Program-made: the position numbers and the translations under genes | Part shown: piece by piece, positions 54,882-62,263 of the stretch | Layout of the letters: each line of letters starts with the position of its first letter | How positions within the stretch are numbered: position 1 is the stretch's first letter | Notes under the pieces: generated by a model | Told to the model about the DNA's origin: nothing | The model's database searches: none | Seen by the model: only the letters and a program-made list of their open reading frames with translations | DNA from: Candidatus Heimdallarchaeota archaeon | GTDB taxonomy: Archaea; Asgardarchaeota; Heimdallarchaeia; Hodarchaeales; Hodarchaeaceae | Direction of reading: 5' to 3' | Length of the DNA: 64,000 bases | Assembly (NCBI GenBank): GCA_011364965.1 | Contig: RDOB01000004.1 | Location: forward strand, 424,769-488,768

Positions 54882-56126
54882 TCAAAAATCATCTCTTGGG
54901 AGATTATTCAAAGGTGGAAATACATGATTAGGAAAAGTTGAATTAGAATAGTTTTGGATCTTACCTTGTTTAACTAAAGTATTAAAATTAAAATAACCAG
55001 AAACTAATTGGGTAAAGGAGCCAATATCTGACTTAAAATCAAGATCAACTTCACTAGTAACATCATGGGTAAGTAGAGATGCCTTTCCATTTTCAACAGT
55101 CAAAGTAAAGATTTTGTTGTTCCAATCACAATAGTCATCCATAATTTGAAAGGTCATGGTACCATTAATTTGGGGATATTCAATCAATTTTAAGACTTCT
55201 TCAACATTGATGATTCGCACCATCATACCAGGATATGTTTTTCTTTCTAATGTATAGAGATTAGTAATATAGTGCTCAATATCATCAGAAATTTCTCGAC
55301 ACTGAACATATTTGCGTTGAGAGTCATGATCCTTTAAGAATTTAAATATGGCAATTTTGGCATCTTCAGTCAACCAAAAATATTCTATAAGATTCATTCT
55401 ATTTGTCCTATCATTGTCGACTGTTGGCAGTTCAAGATCCTCATCCTCAAAACTTGGTTTCTTAAACTTGATTCCTACATACCCCACTGGACTAGCATTT
55501 TTATCGTAAAATACAAATTTAAATCCCTTCCATTGAAACCAACTACCAACGGTCTCTTTTTTCTTCCACATATCGTCATTTCTTACAAAAATTAAATTAA
55601 AATCTTGACTAGCTTTATCATATACTCTTCGGATGTCTTTGAAATCATCAACCAATTTAATAGTTATATTATTTTCCTTCTGATCTGTTACTGGTAATTT
55701 AATTTCAGAAAGTGGAAAGAATAGCATTTTTAAGTCTGAACAATTTGTATAGCCAAACTGTTCATAATAAGAATAACTAAATGGGTAAAGGACAGAGAGA
55801 TATTGAGAATCATCATTCATTGTTTTAAAAAATACCCGAAAGAGAGTCTTTATTAACCCAGAACGTCTATATTGAGGAAAGGTTGCCACCGCAATAACCG
55901 CAGCAGCTTGGAGATTTTTCCCCCGAAATCTTAAGGTCCAATTCAATTTGGTCATCGAGGAGCATAGTTCATGATTATTAAAGGCTCCAATTGTCATTGG
56001 AAGATATTCTTCTTTTCCTTCAATTTTTAAATCATTAAAATTATTTATATGCGGATCAAAAGCATAACGCCAGAGTTTAGATACTTGTTCCAAATCCAAT
56101 TCAGTGAGTCGTCTTATTTGAATCAT
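54882..56126 (-). CDS. Eis-like GNAT acetyltransferase with C-terminal SCP2-like domain
   Basis: VATFPQYRRSG, SVLYPFSYSYYEQFGY, MVRIINV, terminal DDF. Confidence 0.88.
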   Translation of the reverse strand: MIQIRRLTELDLEQVSKLWRYAFDPHINNFNDLKIEGKEEYLPMTIGAFNNHELCSSMTKLNWTLRFRGKNLQAAAVIAVATFPQYRRSGLIKTLFRVFFKTMNDDSQYLSVLYPFSYSYYEQFGYTNCSDLKMLFFPLSEIKLPVTDQKENNITIKLVDDFKDIRRVYDKASQDFNLIFVRNDDMWKKKETVGSWFQWKGFKFVFYDKNASPVGYVGIKFKKPSFEDEDLELPTVDNDRTNRMNLIEYFWLTEDAKIAIFKFLKDHDSQRKYVQCREISDDIEHYITNLYTLERKTYPGMMVRIINVEEVLKLIEYPQINGTMTFQIMDDYCDWNNKIFTLTVENGKASLLTHDVTSEVDLDFKSDIGSFTQLVSGYFNFNTLVKQGKIQNYSNSTFPNHVFPPLNNLPRDDF

Positions 56127-56176
56127 CTTAGTCAGTCTATTAATTTTCAGGTCCTTTTTTATAATTACAGACTATG

Positions 56177-56290
56177 ACTAAATTTGTCAGACAACTGCTA
56201 AAAAGGTTAGCTGTTCTGAACAGGATGAGTCACGCATCCGCTATCCGGAAAGACCCCTTTCTTCAAAGAAAGAGGGTCTCGAGGGATTAC
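56177..56290 (-). ncRNA. Probable TnpB omegaRNA/reRNA scaffold overlapping the tnpB 3' end (boundaries approximate)
   Basis: Expected position for TnpB loci; hairpins GGATG-CGTGACT-CATCC and CTGTTC-A-GAACAG. Confidence 0.45.
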
Positions 56291-57472
56291 TTTTGTCGAA
56301 GCTAGGTGGTGCTGATAGTTCTGGATCAGGTTTCGAGCTGCATTCAGGTCAGCGTTAAGGCGAAGTAAGCAGACCTTGCACTGATACAATCCCCGGCTTT
56401 GGCGATTCGCTTTCCGTACTACCCCACACTGACTGCATCGCTGAGACGTATACGCCTCAGGAAGCTGCACGACGTGTATCCCCGCTTGAGCGGCTTTATA
56501 CTCTAGCATCTGCAGGAAGTTCAGGAAGGGGATCTGAACGAAGTTCTGGTTGCTCCGTTTTCCGAGCTCACACCCCTGTTTCCAATGAGGGTTATACCCG
56601 ACCACAAGGGTGTCAATCTGCTGCGCTTGGCAATGCTTAATGAGCTTTCGAGACGATTGGTGCAAGATATTTGTTATTTGGTTACTTCGACGGCGGAACA
56701 ACCGTAACAGCCGATGGGTCGGTTCTGATTGCTTCTGGTGCGCTGCGTGAGCGCGGTACTTTGCGAGTTGTTTGTTAAACCATTGATTAATTGTTTTGAT
56801 AACCCCGCCTTTGATGAGAAACCCATCTGACGTAGCTACGAGGTTATTCACGCCCAGATCTACCCCCAGGAGTCGAGGAGGAGGAAAAGCTGAGGCTAGT
56901 GTTGCAGGGGTGATTGGGACTTCATAAATCAGCTCCAACACATACCGGTCGTAGAACGGTAGGAAACGGGCACTGAGGTGGGTTTGGGGCGTAAAGGGGA
57001 ACTTTCCCAGCGGAATAGCAGGGAATCCCCGCTTAAGCATGTTTTGAGGGAAGAGGAGCTGTGAACCCCGGACGCGTACCCGGGGGTGGGGGAAGGTGAG
57101 GTGGTACCGCCCATTCTTTGGCTTATACCCCGGAAAGCGGGGCTTAGCCTGGAACTGCGTAGGATCGATCCGCCAGGCCTTCTTCGCCTGAAAATAGCTC
57201 CGCCATGTCTGTTCGACCTGGCGTAAGACTTGCTGGGGAATGTAGCTATCGGTGAGCTCTTTGAGCGCCAAATAGGCCGGGTGGGTTTTGATCTGTCGAT
57301 ACAGGGCGATATACTGCAACCACTGTTTTGTAGCAAAATACTCCTGACGCACGAGGTAAAGGGCCATATTATACAGGTTTTTCGCCCGAATGCAGAGGTT
57401 TTCGAAGTAAGGCGTAGGTGTTAGCTGGATTCGATAGGCCCGCTGCTGGTGCGGGGTGCGTCTTCCTCTCAT
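56207..57472 (-). CDS. tnpB: RNA-guided endonuclease TnpB
   Basis: KNLYN, GVDLGVNNL (RuvC I), VGYN..WKQ and EAYTSQRC, CxxC zinc finger, NADLNAARN (RuvC III). Confidence 0.95.
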   Translation of the reverse strand: MRGRRTPHQQRAYRIQLTPTPYFENLCIRAKNLYNMALYLVRQEYFATKQWLQYIALYRQIKTHPAYLALKELTDSYIPQQVLRQVEQTWRSYFQAKKAWRIDPTQFQAKPRFPGYKPKNGRYHLTFPHPRVRVRGSQLLFPQNMLKRGFPAIPLGKFPFTPQTHLSARFLPFYDRYVLELIYEVPITPATLASAFPPPRLLGVDLGVNNLVATSDGFLIKGGVIKTINQWFNKQLAKYRAHAAHQKQSEPTHRLLRLFRRRSNQITNILHQSSRKLIKHCQAQQIDTLVVGYNPHWKQGCELGKRSNQNFVQIPFLNFLQMLEYKAAQAGIHVVQLPEAYTSQRCSQCGVVRKANRQSRGLYQCKVCLLRLNADLNAARNLIQNYQHHLASTKVIPRDPLSLKKGVFPDSGCVTHPVQNS

Positions 57473-57752
57473 CCTAGGCTTCTTGGGAGCAGAGAAGTTT
57501 AAAAGGATAGGCGAGAGAGGTTACCGAAAATGCCGGAAATGGGTGAAGATGGGGAGTGGATTGTTGTTCTTTCCCTAGTTGGTTCTCCGTTCTTCTGCAG
57601 CTGTCAGACAAAACAGACTATGGTAAGAATGCGAATCACGATAAATAAAACTTGCATTTCGGAAGCGAAGAATCAGGAGAGACAATCTGATCATTATTAT
57701 CGTCTTCAATCCCCTGAAGTTTTCATTATTAGTATTCAGGATAAAAACTTAC

Positions 57753-57910
57753 CAAACTTGTAAATGAATAATATAATTTGTCCAACGAAGATTACTGCTT
57801 CTATTGCTATCAGTCGAGGGAGTTTCTTCAAGAAATCAATTTCCACCCTATTGTCCAATAGTAGCCCTCCTGCAGTTAGGAACAGGAATACCTAGAAGTA
57901 CGAAAGGGGC
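57753..57910 (+). repeat. Dispersed intergenic repeat, copy C
   Basis: actgcttctattgctatcagtcgagggagtttcttcaagaaatcaatttccaccctattgtccaatagtagccctcctgcagt. Confidence 0.85.
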
Positions 57911-58266
57911 GTTTTTAGGGGTTGAATTTTTCCCTCTACCCTGTTAACACGTCTAGGAAGGTCCAACACGTCCAATGGAGAAAGTTTGATATATGATCAG
58001 TTAGAGATCCCGATCATTATTTAATTTATTCGCACCGAGAATACTATTTTATATTTTAGAAATTAAAAAGATCATAATTCAGAGATGTAAGTGAATAATT
58101 TGCATATTGTTAATGCAGATCTAATAGTTAACTTTGAATCTTCCAAATACTCATTAAATTAATATTTAAGGTTCTTTTCCAAGAATTACACAGATAAAAT
58201 ATTTTATAAGAAATGAAATCCCATTAGACTTCTTGATTTTTTAGTAACGTTTTAGGTGGGATAGAT

Positions 58267-58935
58267 TTGCTGAAAAATGAAGAAGATAATCGCCAAGGTT
58301 TCTATTTAATTCAATTCAAGAAAGCACTGTATTGGATTGTAATTGTCTTAAGCGGGTATTTATTGTACTATCTCAGCTTGGGACTCTGGACAGTAATTCA
58401 TTATATTGCTAATTCTGGATTTCAACTTGAGTCTATTATTACAAGTCTAGTTTGGTTCCCTGCAGTAATCTTTGGGTGGGTAATGGTCTCAACTGTGATG
58501 GTATATTTCTCCCCTATTTACTTTCCAGTAATTCCGACCTTAGTATGGGAAGTAGGATGGCTAGGAGGTTTAGGGGCAATTTATTACAAAAAGAAAAACC
58601 CTCCTGATGCAAAATTGGCCGTTGGGACTCTTCTATTATTCCTAAGCGCCATTTTTTTCCTGAACTTTGGGAAAGAGATCTTTAGTTTCTATACTTCATT
58701 CCTGATGACTTGGGACTTGGATCCGATTTTTTATCCTGCGATCTTCGATTATTTAGGGTACTACTGGCTTCTGCCTCTCTGGCTTCTGAGCTGGAGCTTT
58801 TTCTGGCTGAAAAAAATTACCCAATTTCGCTCAGAGGATAAATCTCTCTTTCTTCTCTGGATTGCATGGCTTATTCTTCTTCAGTTCTTTCTGTGGATGT
58901 ATACTATACCGTATTTAAACCCAAGTAGCTGGTAG
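58267..58935 (+). CDS. Hypothetical membrane protein, paralog of 43894-44553
   Basis: High similarity to the 43894 copy; about 6 TM segments. Confidence 0.7.
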   Translation: MLKNEEDNRQGFYLIQFKKALYWIVIVLSGYLLYYLSLGLWTVIHYIANSGFQLESIITSLVWFPAVIFGWVMVSTVMVYFSPIYFPVIPTLVWEVGWLGGLGAIYYKKKNPPDAKLAVGTLLLFLSAIFFLNFGKEIFSFYTSFLMTWDLDPIFYPAIFDYLGYYWLLPLWLLSWSFFWLKKITQFRSEDKSLFLLWIAWLILLQFFLWMYTIPYLNPSSW

Positions 58936-59016
58936 AGTTCAACCTCATACGATTATTGATGGTTTTGTGCCATAGCACACTTAAAGTATTTTTACATGAA
59001 AGAAAACCATAATATC

Positions 59017-59136
59017 CATCAGATCACGCGTTAATCTCTTTGAATATCTGTCCTTCTGCTTCTATCGTTATCTCCCAAGGGATTTTCTTCAAGAAATCAA
59101 TTTCCACCCTCTTTGCTGAAGAGTAGCCCTCCTGCT
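59017..59136 (+). repeat. Dispersed intergenic repeat, copy D
   Basis: catcagatcacgcg...ctgcttctatcgttatctcccaagggattttcttcaagaaatcaatttccaccctctttgctgaagagtagccctcctgc. Confidence 0.85.
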
Positions 59137-59369
59137 ATTTAAAAAATTTAGGGAGTTTTACTTTAATTTGAATATTAATAATCAAAAAGATTAAGAATTC
59201 AGCTAAAAAAAAATACCAGCGTTCTATTCTGGTTAGCAATAGACTCCTTTCTTCTACCATTTCGGTTAATTGGCTGGAATGAACTACTATCATCAAGAAA
59301 ATAAAGTCGACCTAGCTAAAGAAGAGATTTAGGAAATCGTGAGATCAAGCATTATACGAGGATCAATAA

Positions 59370-59705
59370 ATGAAGGAAAAAAGTGATTTACAACTCATTT
59401 TTGATTACCAACAAAAATTTGACAGAAAACTTGGCTGGAACACCTATGAAAACCTCACTAATGAACAAGAAATAATCAATTATTTACAGCTCACTGTCTT
59501 AAAATTTACGGAAGAAGTCGGAGAAATTGCCCAAGAAGTAAGAAAAATATTGAGGGACAAGAAATCATTTGATCCTGAAGCCTTTAAACACGAATTAATA
59601 GATATATTCGTTTACTTAATTCAAGCATCAATAGCACTGAAAATGGATCTGGCAGAGGAATACTACAAAAAAATGGAAATAAATAAACAAAGATTTCTAA
59701 GGTGA
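59370..59705 (+). CDS. MazG-like all-alpha NTP pyrophosphohydrolase
   Basis: EEVGEIAQEVRK and HELIDIFVYL. Confidence 0.85.
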   Translation: MKEKSDLQLIFDYQQKFDRKLGWNTYENLTNEQEIINYLQLTVLKFTEEVGEIAQEVRKILRDKKSFDPEAFKHELIDIFVYLIQASIALKMDLAEEYYKKMEINKQRFLR

Positions 59706-60120
59706 TTACAGTTGAGTATGGCAATTTTTCCTTATTAAGCTTACTAAGCTTAGATTCTACTTCATATAAGTGTATCCCTTTTACAAGGAACCATAGTTTT
59801 TTTCGAGAATTTATCTGTCGTTAAAAAATGATTAGAGTGAAAGAATTGAGTTTTTTTAAATTTAAGGAATGACCATCGCTATCGAATTCAAAGCTAAAGT
59901 CTATACCACGATTTTTCTCCAGTATCAAGATATTTTGTTAAAAAATCAAAGCTTAGTTGGTTTGGTATTGGTGAGTTATTTGCTCCCGATCTTTCCACTT
60001 CCTCCCCCCTAACAAAATATGCTGGAGAGATTAAAGAACCACAATAAGAGATGGTTTATGTGAAACTGAGCAAAATGATTTTACTTTTACTTTTTTTAAC
60101 TTTCTATCTAGTTATTTCAA

Positions 60121-60212
60121 CAAACTTGTAAAATACCATAAATACTTCCCAACGAATGTACAGACCTCAGATCAAGCGCCAATTCGCATGAACAGATCTC
60201 CTGCAGCTTTTA
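60121..60212 (+). repeat. Dispersed repeat, 5'-half copy
   Basis: caaacttgtaaa..ccaacgaatgtacagacctcagatcaagcgccaattcgcatgaacagatctcctgcagcttt aligns with B and with the region upstream of C. Confidence 0.75.
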
Positions 60213-60241
60213 AAAGAAAAACTTTAGCATTGAGAAAATAC

Positions 60242-61003
60242 TTAGGAATCAGAGAAACCAAGGGGATGAGCCTCGCAATAATGGATTAACTTCCCTGTAC
60301 GCCTTGTAACATAAGATTGGATTGATACTTCTCCGTCCTCTACCCAAGTCGGGGATAAATCCCATATCCAGTGGGACTGATTCATACAACTACGAGACGC
60401 CAGGTGAGCAAGCTCAGCGAGACCCAGCTGAAGTAAAAAAGTTTTGAGCTGGAGAACCTCTTTATAACGAAGATTCACTTGTAGATGTTTCGTCTCAGAC
60501 TCAATGGTCAGGGGCAACAGGAAAGAAGAAGAGGACGTACGAACCTTTTCTAGGAATTTAGCGTCCACAAAAAAGCCAGTGGCAGAATATAAGGGGAAGA
60601 GGATTTCCAACCCATCTTTTCGGTGGATCATCCACTTCTTAGTGAGAAGAAGTTGGTTTCTGTGTTTAGGAAAAAAAAAGCGCCGTATGAAAAAGCCAAC
60701 CACAAGCTCAGAAAACAAGAACGCAATAAGTAAGGAAGTGGTGAACTCAGCAATGAGCTCCAGAATAAAGTAGCAGCTCATCAAGGCAACAGATAGCAGT
60801 ATTATTTCGGACACAAAATAGGATTTCACCCAGGTAGGAAATTCAACTTGAGACACAAATTCCCCGTGGGTGAATTTAGAATTTAATTTGGCAGAGGAAA
60901 CGAAATAGGTTCGGTAAAGAGCACTAAGAGATTCTCCACGAAAAAGGAAGAAATACCAGATAATGAAAAAGATAATGGGAAATATAATAACTTCAGAAAC
61001 CAC
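60242..61003 (-). CDS. Hypothetical membrane protein
   Basis: 253-aa ORF with 3 TM segments; GGTGGA RBS-like motif upstream. Confidence 0.55.
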   Translation of the reverse strand: MVSEVIIFPIIFFIIWYFFLFRGESLSALYRTYFVSSAKLNSKFTHGEFVSQVEFPTWVKSYFVSEIILLSVALMSCYFILELIAEFTTSLLIAFLFSELVVGFFIRRFFFPKHRNQLLLTKKWMIHRKDGLEILFPLYSATGFFVDAKFLEKVRTSSSSFLLPLTIESETKHLQVNLRYKEVLQLKTFLLQLGLAELAHLASRSCMNQSHWIWDLSPTWVEDGEVSIQSYVTRRTGKLIHYCEAHPLGFSDS

Positions 61004-61149
61004 TCAAATCCACCGACTCGGAAACTAGACAGCAAGTTGAATTAATAATATTCCTGTAGCAGTTAGTATTAAATGTTTACACCCCAAGCCCAAACCACGA
61101 TTGCTAGCTTACGAAAAAGAAATGATAGAAATCAAACAAAAATTAGCCT

Positions 61150-61470
61150 CAACCACCGTACAGGCATCAGACAAAGAGCCCACTCAACTAAATTACTACC
61201 TCTCTGAAACACTGCTTCTATAACTACCTGACGAAAGATATTTTTCAAAAACTCAATTTCCACATTTTTTTCAAAGAGTAGCCCTCCTGCAGTGAGGGAC
61301 AGAAAGCGAATAAGAAAACTAGAACGAAAGTTATCACATTTTCAAGTTAATTCTTAAATCTCCTTCCCCAATGCTCTCAACTAACGAATTGAGATTAGAT
61401 CCAGCGTCAACTTAACTAAATATCTATCCTGAACACCTTGGCATCCTCTGTTATCATCGAAAATATGATA
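61150..61470 (+). repeat. Dispersed repeat copy E (61150-61330) followed by a tandem 5'-half copy (61381-61470)
   Basis: gtacaggcatcagac...actgcttctataactacctgacga...tcaatttccac...agagtagccctcctgcagt; then ctaacgaa..ttagatccagcgtcaa..tatctatcctgaacacc. Confidence 0.8.
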
Positions 61471-61528
61471 AATTAAATCATACTTTTAAACCACCATCCC
61501 TAGAATATATCACTGAGGGTGAAATCTG

Positions 61529-62206
61529 ATGGATATGAAGCACAAGCTAGATATGATGAATTTATTTCTCCATGTAGCTCAAGTGGTGAACACGGAGTAT
61601 AATCAAGAAAAGATCCTGCATATCATCCCTCAATTAGAATCCAGTGAAACACATGGAATTTTCTCCGAAGGTTGGGAGGTATCATTCCAAAAAACCACTG
61701 AAGAAGTGACTAAAGCACTCATACTTAGGTCTCTACACAAAAAAAGAGTATTTATTTTCCCTGTTAAAAATAAAATCTTAAACATAACCGTTGTTGGGGA
61801 AGGAGGATTCAAAAAAGGAAAGGATAAAGGTTACCAAATATTAAAAAATAAAATCCAGGAATTCTGTGAAAAAGAGAACATCCGATTTGTTTATTCCAGT
61901 GATTACGGAGGATTCTTAGGTGCTGAATATAGTATAGGGGAAATCTACCTAGATATTCCTCCTAAAGGTTCTAAGGGTAAAACGCTCAAAAAAAAACTAA
62001 ATACACCAATTAAGGGGGTGAGAGGGATAATTTTAAGGGACGTTCCCATAGTTAAATATTCAACGAAGCCTCAACTGGAGAATAAAAGATTTTCTCCGAA
62101 AACTACTCCTCAGAGGCCTTATGGAAAGAAAGTTTGTCCCAAATGTGGGATTGTATATGAACCTAGTGCAACCTTTTGTCCAGATTGCCTCATAAAATTA
62201 GACTAG
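61529..62206 (+). CDS. Hypothetical protein with C-terminal zinc ribbon
   Basis: GGGTGA RBS; CPKCG..FCPDC. Confidence 0.6.
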   Translation: MDMKHKLDMMNLFLHVAQVVNTEYNQEKILHIIPQLESSETHGIFSEGWEVSFQKTTEEVTKALILRSLHKKRVFIFPVKNKILNITVVGEGGFKKGKDKGYQILKNKIQEFCEKENIRFVYSSDYGGFLGAEYSIGEIYLDIPPKGSKGKTLKKKLNTPIKGVRGIILRDVPIVKYSTKPQLENKRFSPKTTPQRPYGKKVCPKCGIVYEPSATFCPDCLIKLD

Positions 62207-62263
62207 CACATCCGAGGGGATGTACCTTATGCAAATCCCCTCCTAACCTCATATGAGAATATT

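Larger units (their letters stand above)
56177..57612 (-). mobile_element. TnpB-only (IS1341-like) element with inverted-repeat ends and 10-bp flanking direct repeat
   Basis: Clearly GC-richer than the flanks. IRs TTTGTCAGACAACTGC (56183-56198) and GCAGCTGTCAGACAAA (57597-57612). ACAGACTATG at 56167-56176 and 57613-57622. Confidence 0.75.

Noticed and set aside
57794-57876. Hammerhead ribozyme on the minus strand (CTGATAG, GAAA)
   Set aside because: The CUGAnGA core is not matched and not conserved among copies.
57780-57881. Classical integron attC site (GTCCAAC ... GTTAGGA)
   Set aside because: The RYYYAAC/GTTRRRY boxes are imperfectly complementary and not conserved in the other copies; flanking genes occur in both orientations.
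57753-59136. Repeats as orphan omegaRNA copies of the neighbouring TnpB
   Set aside because: No visible similarity to the tnpB 3' end or right-end sequence.
57753-61470. Repeat family as a CRISPR array
   Set aside because: Units are too long and degenerate, are separated by whole genes, and there are no cas genes apart from tnpB.
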